Assembly: GCA_903923395.1 (NCBI GenBank)
Contig: CAIXXM010000072.1
Span: 3,849 to 67,848 of the forward strand
DNA length: 64,000 nt
Direction: 5' to 3'
DNA from: an uncultured Acidobacteriia bacterium
Lineage (GTDB): Bacteria > Acidobacteriota > Terriglobia > Bryobacterales > Bryobacteraceae
The notes below the pieces were generated by a model. That model saw only the letters and a list, made by a program, of their open reading frames with translations. It searched no databases and was not told where the DNA came from. A program made the position numbers and the translations under genes. Shown piece by piece: positions 47,212-55,279 of the stretch (within the stretch, counting starts at the first letter, position 1; the number at the start of each line of letters is the position of its first letter).

Positions 47212-47939
47212 TTTCCACGCCGCTCGATCAGGATTCGATATATCCACTGCCCTTCCCCGGCAAGCTGGGACGCGGTTTGCGCATTGCAGTCATTGACAGT
47301 GGCGTCAATCCCCGTCATCCCCACATACAGCGCCTGGATGGTGGAGTTTTCATTGATCCGGAGGGTAAGATCACTGCGGGAGAGTACCTTGACACGCTGG
47401 GCCATGGTACTGCGGTGATGGCTGCCATTCAGGAGAAAGCACCAGAGGCACAGTATTTTGCAGTAAAGCTCTTTGACACTGCTCTGCGCGCGAAAACCAG
47501 CGCATTGTTACAAGGTATCCGGTGGGCCATCGATAACTCCATGGACCTGGTGAATCTCAGTCTCGGCACGCGGAATATGCTTCGCCGCGATCACTTTCAG
47601 ACACTGGTCAACTTAGCGGCCATGAAAGGGATCACCTTAGTCGCAGCGCATGATGCCGACGGTCAACCCTGCCTCCCCGGCTGTCTCGAAGGCGTCCTCG
47701 GTGTCACGCTCGATTGGGACTGCCCCCGTAACCGGTATCACGCGGCCAATGGACTCTTCCAGGCTTCCGGCTACCCCCGGCCGATTCCCGGCTATCCACA
47801 GGAGCGAAATCTTCACGGCATCAGTTTTGCTGTGGCGAATATGACTGGACTCGCCGCGCGGGCCGCAGAAGGATTAGCAGAAAGAAAACCAATGACGATC
47901 CGCCAGGCGCTGCTGGATAACCCGACACTGGACCAGTAA
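47208..47939 (+). CDS. qhpE: small subtilisin-like (S8) serine peptidase, QhpE-like leader peptidase
   Basis: 243 aa. Asp VIDSGV, His LGHGTAV, Ser GISFAVANMTG. The small size and the coupling to qhpF match QhpE. Confidence 0.78.
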   Translation: MISTPLDQDSIYPLPFPGKLGRGLRIAVIDSGVNPRHPHIQRLDGGVFIDPEGKITAGEYLDTLGHGTAVMAAIQEKAPEAQYFAVKLFDTALRAKTSALLQGIRWAIDNSMDLVNLSLGTRNMLRRDHFQTLVNLAAMKGITLVAAHDADGQPCLPGCLEGVLGVTLDWDCPRNRYHAANGLFQASGYPRPIPGYPQERNLHGISFAVANMTGLAARAAEGLAERKPMTIRQALLDNPTLDQ

Positions 47940-47941
47940 GT

Positions 47942-49249
47942 TCAATACCGCATCAACGCCATAAACCCGAAGTCCATATGGAACTGCTGGTGGCAATGAA
48001 ACAGACTCGGGCCTGCCTGCTCCGCTAGAAAATCCGCCTCCACCTTGCTCTTTGGCGGCACCATGATCACATCTTTGAAAACACCTGAAGTCTCACGGCC
48101 CACAAAGTTTGTAATCTCCAAAGTATGCCGGTGCAGGTGCACAGGATGCGCCATGTCCGTCCGGTTATCGAACACCATGCGGTTTCGCACACCAGGCTTG
48201 GCACGGATCACATCTGTGTTGGGATAACTCTTGCCGTTGATCGCCCATAAGTTCCCGTCAGAACGCGGCTCAATCACGATTGGAATCGTATTCTCCGCAG
48301 CGGGGGCTTTCTCTGTCTTCCCGAACTTCAAGTAATCGAATGTCTTTGCGGACGGAGCCTTCCAGACAGCACGGCCTTTGGCCAGCGCGTACTCAACGAC
48401 AATCCCCGCTCCCGCCTTGCGCTGTTTGTCGTCAGTCTCACCCAACACCCAAATACCGGGATTCTTCATCTCCACGATGGCATCAACCCTTTCGCCGGGA
48501 GCCAGATCGAGCACCTCAGCCGTACCGGGTACAGCTACCGGATTACCATCCAGGGCGATCACCTTGAACACGTGACCGGACAAAGCCAACTGGTGCGGCA
48601 TGGTAGCACTCGCATTCACGATACGGAACAGGACTCTCTGGCCAGGCTTGACACGCACGGGAGTTCCAAAGCCCAACATCCTGCCATTAATGGAGTAAGA
48701 CTTGTAACTCACGTCCATTGCCATATCGGAATCGAAGGAAGGTTCCCACTCATGCAGTAACAGCGGCACTTCTTTGTCATATCTCGCCGGATCAGACTTC
48801 GGCTCAATAATCACCATCCCGAACTGACCGGTATAAGCACCGTGTTTCAGATCATGGCCGGCCATAGCATGCGTGTGATACCAGCGCGTGCCAGAGGGTC
48901 CCGGGGTAAAGGTATAGATACGGCTGTCTTTTCCCTGTATCATCGGCGTGCCTTCCTCGTGCGCGCCATCTACGTTTGGAGGGATGTGGAACCCATGCCA
49001 GTGCAGCATTTCCGGGGTTGTGGTTTCGTTGACCACTTTGACGGAAACCTCACGGCCTTCCTTCATGCGCAGCAGCGGACCAGGCACAGTGTCGTTATAG
49101 GCCAGGGTCTGCACCACCTTGCCCTTGGCGATCTCCGCCTTCACTTCACTGATCTTGATGGTGATGTCTGCCTTCGCCTGAGCCTGCGCGAAGGGCGCCA
49201 GGGCGAAGAGTCCCAGTGCTTCTCTGCGGCTTAATACCTTTGAATCCAT
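47942..49249 (-). CDS. multicopper oxidase (Tat-type signal)
   Basis: 435 aa. SRREALG twin-Arg leader. Copper motifs HWHG, WYHTH, HPVHLHRH, HCHQQFHMDFGFM. Confidence 0.9.
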   Translation of the reverse strand: MDSKVLSRREALGLFALAPFAQAQAKADITIKISEVKAEIAKGKVVQTLAYNDTVPGPLLRMKEGREVSVKVVNETTTPEMLHWHGFHIPPNVDGAHEEGTPMIQGKDSRIYTFTPGPSGTRWYHTHAMAGHDLKHGAYTGQFGMVIIEPKSDPARYDKEVPLLLHEWEPSFDSDMAMDVSYKSYSINGRMLGFGTPVRVKPGQRVLFRIVNASATMPHQLALSGHVFKVIALDGNPVAVPGTAEVLDLAPGERVDAIVEMKNPGIWVLGETDDKQRKAGAGIVVEYALAKGRAVWKAPSAKTFDYLKFGKTEKAPAAENTIPIVIEPRSDGNLWAINGKSYPNTDVIRAKPGVRNRMVFDNRTDMAHPVHLHRHTLEITNFVGRETSGVFKDVIMVPPKSKVEADFLAEQAGPSLFHCHQQFHMDFGFMALMRY

Positions 49250-50541
49250 TTGACGATGTCCCCGATGACTTCAGGAGCAACATTTCCAGCGAGACGATAC
49301 TCCGCCGGGTTGCCCTGACCCTTGCCCGCAATAAATAAGTGGTTCAGTGCCGGGTAAGTGGAGAACTCCACGTCCTTCTTCCCGGATAACACTGTCCGCC
49401 AGCGGTCAAGATCCTTCATGGTGACCTGTACATCACGCTGCCCCTGCAGGAAATACATTGGCAGTGTAAGTTTCTTCGCTTCCGTGGCTGGATCATAGCC
49501 CTTCAAATCCAGCAAATACTCATTCGGCAATCCGAGCACGATCAGAGGATTATTCTTGCCCGGACCCAAGGCCTTCACCTTGCCGACCTCTTCCTGCAAT
49601 GCCTGGAACCGCTCCCGCTCTTCGTGCCCGCCTCCGTTATGCAATTCCAGCATGTACGCGTTCTGGTCAAGAACAACATCCTCAATGGGACGCGCATTGC
49701 CCGCAAGAACAACAGCCCCGGCGAGTTTCCCGTCTTCCTTCGCAATGCGCGGCATAGCATATCCACCGAGGCTGTGGGCGATCACAAATACCCTTTTCGG
49801 ATTCACTTCGGGCTGCTTCCGAAGTAACGTTGCTGCGAGTACAGCATCCTCAACGGTCTCCTGCCTGAGCGTATAAGCGGTAGAACTCATCGCAGGACCG
49901 TGCGCTTTTGACCTCTTGTCGTATCGCAACACGACGATATTCCGTGAGGCTAAACCTTCCGCAATATCTTTGAAGATCCGGTTCGAGTAAAGAGTCTCAT
50001 CCCGGTCATTCGGACCCGGACCGTGAACCAGCACAACTGCCGCAAACGGACCCTTGCCATTCGGAATAGTCAGTGTCCCCGGTAACTGCCATTGCTGAGC
50101 ACCGAAAGTGACTTCGCGCTCATGGAAAGTCTCAGGCTTGCTATACGCCGGCCGCACCCAGATGGGTGGCAATGGCGCACCCTCGGGACGGAAATACAGG
50201 CCGCCGACCTTGCCCTCTGCCGTAATTGTGAACTGAACGTTCACCGTTACTTTGGAGAACTTGACTGGATAACTCAGCAGAGTATCCGTACCGGACTTAG
50301 CCGATACGGGGGCCTGAACGCTTTCCAGTTTGCCAAAGCCTTCCACTTCCGGCGTTACCCGGTCACGGAAGAAGGCGGGCGTCAATTTTTCTTTCGCCGC
50401 GGGTGTGAGCAACTGGATCAGTTCGGCATGCTTCCCCGCCAGTAACAAATCCAACCCGCGCCGCCCCACCACCTCAGGGGCTTCCGCCGCCAGCAGTAAC
50501 AAGCCCGCCAGCAACCCGGGAACAACAGCCCTAATCGACAA
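49231..50541 (-). CDS. secreted alpha/beta hydrolase with extra N-terminal domain
   Basis: 436 aa with a signal-like N-terminus. ...VVLVHGPGPNDRDE..., nucleophile elbow AHSLGG. Overlaps qhpB by 11 nt and the oxidase gene by 19 nt. Confidence 0.8.
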   Translation of the reverse strand: MSIRAVVPGLLAGLLLLAAEAPEVVGRRGLDLLLAGKHAELIQLLTPAAKEKLTPAFFRDRVTPEVEGFGKLESVQAPVSAKSGTDTLLSYPVKFSKVTVNVQFTITAEGKVGGLYFRPEGAPLPPIWVRPAYSKPETFHEREVTFGAQQWQLPGTLTIPNGKGPFAAVVLVHGPGPNDRDETLYSNRIFKDIAEGLASRNIVVLRYDKRSKAHGPAMSSTAYTLRQETVEDAVLAATLLRKQPEVNPKRVFVIAHSLGGYAMPRIAKEDGKLAGAVVLAGNARPIEDVVLDQNAYMLELHNGGGHEERERFQALQEEVGKVKALGPGKNNPLIVLGLPNEYLLDLKGYDPATEAKKLTLPMYFLQGQRDVQVTMKDLDRWRTVLSGKKDVEFSTYPALNHLFIAGKGQGNPAEYRLAGNVAPEVIGDIVKWIQRY

Positions 50542-51613
50542 TCACCAGTCCAGCCATCGTGATGTCATTATTGAGGTCCCAGGTCCGCTCATACTTCAGC
50601 GTCGCAGCATCATAAACTTCGATCTCGAAGCTCGCCCCGTAGATATACAGCTTCTTGGTATCCGCGGACATGCCGAAGCTGAAGCGCGACTTACAGGAGA
50701 ACTCTGCCGTACTTACGATCTTCGAAGTACCCATGTTGATGTGCCAGAATTCACAGCGCTTGTTCCCAAGGTTTCCACTTGAAACCACGGTGAATGCATC
50801 TTTCGAATCCTTAGTGACCTGCAAGCCGGACATTGCTGTTGGCGATGGGCCCACCGGAATGAACTCACTCTTCCGCGTGGCAAGATCAAACTTCGCGATG
50901 CCAAAGACCCGGTTATGAACGTAAGGATCTGAGAAGTTGAACAGGGAAACGTACTTGCCCGGCTCGCGGATGGAATCCAACTGTCCGCCGAAACCAACGT
51001 TTTCCATACCAGGAAGATCAGGCTTCGAGAGATCAATGCGCTCCACCACTTTGAAATCCGTGGTATCGAGAATCACCACGTTGCTGCGGAACTGATAGAG
51101 ATACTTGCCGTCCGGAGAAATCTCAAAGCCACCCCGGCCAAACCCGCCACCACTGGCTTCTTCCTCTTTCGCGACGTCAAAGGTCTTGGCAATCTTCTGC
51201 TGCTCCAGGTCAATGACCGTGTACTTCGCCTTGCCGACCTCATAGTGATCCACCAGCTTCGTAAGTTCCGTCGTCATGGTGTAGAAGAACTTACCCGTTG
51301 GATCAGGCGTGCCGCCATTCATGCGGTAGTGCTTGGTCGGCGTGTTGAGCACAAAGTGATTGATCACCTTGCGCGTCGCCACATCGATCACTTCTATCCC
51401 GCTGTGGTCGTTCGTTGTCACATAAATGAGCTTGCGGTCCATGGACATGCGCAAGCTGGTCGGCAGACCAGTGGTCAGTTGGATTCGCTCGACCACCTGC
51501 CCTTTATCTTCATCGAAAACCAACACGGAACTCGGGTAGGCCCCCATATACAGGAGCGCCGCCTGAGCCGGAATCGCCGCAAGCGCAGCCGCAAAAAGAC
51601 TACAAAGCCTCAT
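50531..51613 (-). CDS. qhpB: quinohemoprotein amine dehydrogenase beta subunit (7-bladed propeller), QhpB-like
   Basis: 360 aa with a signal peptide. Repeated beta-propeller blades (...KLIYVTTNDHSGIEVIDVATRKV...). The size and its position after qhpC match QhpB. Confidence 0.8.
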   Translation of the reverse strand: MRLCSLFAAALAAIPAQAALLYMGAYPSSVLVFDEDKGQVVERIQLTTGLPTSLRMSMDRKLIYVTTNDHSGIEVIDVATRKVINHFVLNTPTKHYRMNGGTPDPTGKFFYTMTTELTKLVDHYEVGKAKYTVIDLEQQKIAKTFDVAKEEEASGGGFGRGGFEISPDGKYLYQFRSNVVILDTTDFKVVERIDLSKPDLPGMENVGFGGQLDSIREPGKYVSLFNFSDPYVHNRVFGIAKFDLATRKSEFIPVGPSPTAMSGLQVTKDSKDAFTVVSSGNLGNKRCEFWHINMGTSKIVSTAEFSCKSRFSFGMSADTKKLYIYGASFEIEVYDAATLKYERTWDLNNDITMAGLVIVD

Positions 51614-51690
51614 TCGTCCAATCCTCTAATTTGAAAGGTTCGCGCGCCTGTACAGGCGCGCGTTCACAGGGGCAGAACTGTCTTCAGTCT

Positions 51691-52023
51691 CTACGGATAT
51701 ACCAGGTCCAGCTTGCGCCAGTCTTTGGTAGCCACGGCGCACTTGCTCGCCCAATCCGGATAGTTATTCAAGTGGTCTGGAACCTGCGCGGGCCAGAAGC
51801 ACGTGACATAGCAGTCATAGATATCGCGCTCCACGGGCTGACACAGACCGGCCGTGCCGCCGCCCGAATCCACTTCCCAACCCGGCGAAAATGACAGCGC
51901 GCATCCCATAGGGACATGCGGGCGGGCACCCGGGTTCTGCAAGGCAACCACATCTTCATCGAGCGAGGCCACGAACTGGTCGATTCGCTTCGCTTTCCGG
52001 TTCAACGGACGCATGTGTTTCAT
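51691..52023 (-). CDS. qhpC: quinohemoprotein amine dehydrogenase gamma subunit precursor (CTQ/thioether-crosslinked peptide)
   Basis: 110 aa. The core C-x8-E, C-x5-D, C-x3-C-x-W-x5-D has exactly the spacing of Cys7-Glu16, Cys27-Asp33, Cys37/Trp43 and Cys41-Asp49 in Paracoccus QhpC. ATGA overlap with qhpD. Confidence 0.9.
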   Translation of the reverse strand: MKHMRPLNRKAKRIDQFVASLDEDVVALQNPGARPHVPMGCALSFSPGWEVDSGGGTAGLCQPVERDIYDCYVTCFWPAQVPDHLNNYPDWASKCAVATKDWRKLDLVYP

Positions 52024-53462
52024 AAAGCTTTCCTCTCAGCAAACTGTTCCAAAAAGGCAGGATTCTTCGCACTTACCGTGCCATATATCTTCAAGCAGGT
52101 CTCCGTCCACTCGCGGATCCAATCGCAGTAGTGGAGGTTCGGGTGCCCGGTGTCGCCGTAGCGAACATAGGCTTCGTGGTGACATCCTCCCGCACAGAGC
52201 GGGCGGGCGAAGCAGGTATGGCAATCATACTTCGTGTTGATATGCCCCCGGCCGAGGAAGTCCTGTTGCTTTTCCTTGTCCATGCCGGTCGAGATATGAC
52301 CCAGCACATGCGTATCGGAATCCACAAACCGGTGGCAGGGTGCGATATCACCGGACGGCCCCACGCCAACCAGGCCCAGGCCGGCACCGCAGGGATGTGA
52401 CTTATTCACCCCTTGATACAGCTCAGCCATCGTATCGCTGACGTTCGAGAATCCATGCATCTCACCGCGAAGCGCATATTCCAGCCACTCGTCCGCCAGG
52501 ATATGGAACTGCTTCAGCACTCCGTGCATGCCCGGCTCATTAATCGCATACAAACGGTCCGGCGAAGTAGTTACTGGTGCAAAGCCAATCTCATGGAAGC
52601 CCAGCTCATCCTTCAAGTGGCGATAGATCCGGACCACATCGGTTACACCATTGGTCAGCGTCACACGGCATGTGATCGGCCGCGTCTTATGATTCGCAAT
52701 CAACGCCCTTACACGCGGTGCGATGATGTCATAGCTGCCCTTGCCGTTCGCAAACACCCGTAACTTGTCATGCAACTCCGGCGGACCGTCCATACTGACC
52801 GTCACACCAATTTTGTTCTCCGAGAGGAACTCCACAATTTGCGGAGTCAGCAGCGTTGCATTAGTTGTCAGGCTGAAGTCGATACTGCGGCCCTGTGCTG
52901 CCGCAGTCTCATTGGCATAAGTCACCACCTGCTTCAGCAACGGGAAGTTCATGAGCGTTTCGCCGCCGAAGAACGTGACATGGACTGTCTCGCGCTCACC
53001 CGATGAGGCCAACAAATAATCGATACTCTGCTTGGCCGTCTCATAATCCATGAACTTCGGCTTGCCCTCAGGTGTCGCCACCTTGTCTTCGCCGAACTCA
53101 TAGCAATACTGACAGGACAGATTGCACTGGTTAGTCAGATTGAGGACCAGCGTCATCAAAGGGAAATCGGCAGGCGGTTCCGCAACCGGCTCCGGCTTCG
53201 TATCCGCCGAGATGATGGCGCGGGACATATGCAGTTCATGCACAATCTCCTCGGCATCACCAATCGAGTAGCCCTTTTCCGTTAATGCCGCCACCAGCTG
53301 GTCATGAGGCATTCCCTGCTTGACCAGATCCAGCACAAGACGGGAAGTCTCATCCAACTGGAAGATCGCCCCTGCCGGGACTAAGTAGAGAAACGTTTCC
53401 CCTGCTGCGTCGAATTCCTTGAATTCACCGGGCGTGTAGACCCGGGCTTCCGTAGCCGTCAC
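52020..53462 (-). CDS. qhpD: radical SAM/SPASM peptide maturase QhpD
   Basis: 480 aa. CNLSCQYC radical-SAM cluster motif. C-terminal SPASM cysteines ...CGAG...APCHRF...CHTCFARPLCAGGCH... Confidence 0.9.
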   Translation of the reverse strand: MTATEARVYTPGEFKEFDAAGETFLYLVPAGAIFQLDETSRLVLDLVKQGMPHDQLVAALTEKGYSIGDAEEIVHELHMSRAIISADTKPEPVAEPPADFPLMTLVLNLTNQCNLSCQYCYEFGEDKVATPEGKPKFMDYETAKQSIDYLLASSGERETVHVTFFGGETLMNFPLLKQVVTYANETAAAQGRSIDFSLTTNATLLTPQIVEFLSENKIGVTVSMDGPPELHDKLRVFANGKGSYDIIAPRVRALIANHKTRPITCRVTLTNGVTDVVRIYRHLKDELGFHEIGFAPVTTSPDRLYAINEPGMHGVLKQFHILADEWLEYALRGEMHGFSNVSDTMAELYQGVNKSHPCGAGLGLVGVGPSGDIAPCHRFVDSDTHVLGHISTGMDKEKQQDFLGRGHINTKYDCHTCFARPLCAGGCHHEAYVRYGDTGHPNLHYCDWIREWTETCLKIYGTVSAKNPAFLEQFAERKAL

Positions 53463-55279
53463 TTTTCCACCTCAGGCTGATCCCACTTGATATAAGTCGG
53501 CACAGTTACCACCAGGTAGCTCTTCGCTGTCAGGGGCTTGCCGTCTTTGTCCTTCAAATCTTTCGCCTTGGCCACAATCCACACATCCCCGTAATTGTTC
53601 CGGCTGAACTTGCGCTCGGGGTTGGGGCCGTCAGATGCCGGTGTAAACAGGGCAGTGGGGCTGAGATAGCCCACAAAGTCTTTGTCGTCATCCCCGTACA
53701 CCGAAAGGAACTCTTCCACGGACCAAGTTACTTCCACCGGACCAAGTTCAATATCGTCAGCCGTGTGCGCCTTGCCATCCGCTCCGCGGTGATAGGCCAT
53801 GACCTCAAACTGCTGATAGCCCTTGGGATGCACCTCACTGCCCAGACGGGCTAAAGAAGTTTCGGGTAATACGCGGATGTAATCGATCTTGTCGTAAACC
53901 GCCAGTGCTCCAGGCAGAATCGCCCGGCCTGCCATTACATCGCGCTTCCCGCTGGCGGCCTTGGCGTCCACATCGATTTCCACGACCATTTCGCCCGCGG
54001 AATGCGAGACAATCTGCTTGACCTTCACGCCTGCGCCGAAATCCAAGTCTGCTGCTTTGATATCTGCAGGAACATGATCCCCGTAGATCTTGACCTTCGC
54101 CGTTGTACCGGCCTTCACAGACATACGGTCCAACATGGTCAGGTGAGTTTCCGCACTAACCCGCGTCAGAGTAACATCCAGGCCGAACTCCTGGTATTCG
54201 CCCCAGAACCAGCGGCCTTCCGCGCTCGATTGATCCGGATTGAACCACATGGCCTCGCGCATCATGTGCGCCGAGTCATCGGGCTTCATGTCGGCCGGCG
54301 GTTTTGTGGCATTTTCATTTCTGCCGCGCCAGGAGTAACCGGCATAGACCAGACCCGTACCGGTGCGGCTCAGTACAGAGCCGTCCGTGACTGAGGTCAG
54401 GGTTGCTTTTGTCTTGAACTCATCGGCGGCAGCGCCCTGCGTGATTTCCAGTGTTCCGGAGTAATCCCCTTTGCCCGGCAAGTGTGCCTTCACCAGCCAT
54501 GTTCCCGCCAGCTTCGGCGCTTTCATGCGGGTGCTCCAGGTTCCCCACTCCGGCGTATGCAGGGCAGCTGCATTACCCAGGAATTCCAATGCCACTTCCA
54601 ACGGTTCCTGCGTTGGAGCCGCAGCAGCGCCCGCGGCAGCCGTAGCCGCGCCGCGGCCCGCTCCACCACCGGCTCCACCGCCGCCACCCATACCGGACCG
54701 CCGGAAATGCGTTTCAGCCTGCGCATACAGGGCCACGTGCAAGTTAGCCAGCAAACGCCAATCATTCTTCGACCGGCGCCAGCTCATTGGCCTGCCCATC
54801 GCGTGGCAGGTAGTGCAAGCACCGCGCACGGAATCATTCGGGATATTCGTTTCGTCAATCAGCCTGTGTTCGGGAATGTACATCACCGGCTTGGCCTCTT
54901 CCGGTGCCAGCCCGTGATAAGTCGCCAGATACTTCACAACTGACCGCGCCTCGTCTGGAGTGATCGTCAAGCCATTTAGCCGCACCATGCGCTTCAGCGC
55001 CTCAGACCAGCCTTCTGGTGTTGCACGTTCCCAGGAAATGCGGGACAGATTCCCTTTGTCATCCTTCGCATGGCAGGTGCCGCACTTCTTGATGACCAGC
55101 GCATCGGTAACCGGAATACCTTCCTCCGTCTCCACATTCGCCGGTGCAGCGCCGGACGCAGCACGCCCCGCGCCTCTCTGGGCATATGCCGCCGGCAGTG
55201 TACACATCACCGCCGCAGCGAAAACAATGGCTCCGAATCTCTTCAACGAATTCCCCTCCATCCAGTTCCGCATGTCCAT
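53459..55279 (-). CDS. qhpA: quinohemoprotein amine dehydrogenase alpha subunit (dihaem cytochrome c)
   Basis: 606 aa with a signal peptide. Two CxxCH motifs (CGTCH, CTTCH) in the N-terminal domain, then beta-rich domains. Confidence 0.88.
   Translation of the reverse strand: MDMRNWMEGNSLKRFGAIVFAAAVMCTLPAAYAQRGAGRAASGAAPANVETEEGIPVTDALVIKKCGTCHAKDDKGNLSRISWERATPEGWSEALKRMVRLNGLTITPDEARSVVKYLATYHGLAPEEAKPVMYIPEHRLIDETNIPNDSVRGACTTCHAMGRPMSWRRSKNDWRLLANLHVALYAQAETHFRRSGMGGGGGAGGGAGRGAATAAAGAAAAPTQEPLEVALEFLGNAAALHTPEWGTWSTRMKAPKLAGTWLVKAHLPGKGDYSGTLEITQGAAADEFKTKATLTSVTDGSVLSRTGTGLVYAGYSWRGRNENATKPPADMKPDDSAHMMREAMWFNPDQSSAEGRWFWGEYQEFGLDVTLTRVSAETHLTMLDRMSVKAGTTAKVKIYGDHVPADIKAADLDFGAGVKVKQIVSHSAGEMVVEIDVDAKAASGKRDVMAGRAILPGALAVYDKIDYIRVLPETSLARLGSEVHPKGYQQFEVMAYHRGADGKAHTADDIELGPVEVTWSVEEFLSVYGDDDKDFVGYLSPTALFTPASDGPNPERKFSRNNYGDVWIVAKAKDLKDKDGKPLTAKSYLVVTVPTYIKWDQPEVEK

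Noticed and set aside
44567-47939. Flavoprotein + ABC exporter + subtilisin trio as a stand-alone lanthipeptide or bacteriocin cluster
   Set aside because: No precursor or LanM/LanB-type gene is nearby. The facing operon encodes QhpA/D/C/B, so the trio is best explained as qhpG/F/E.
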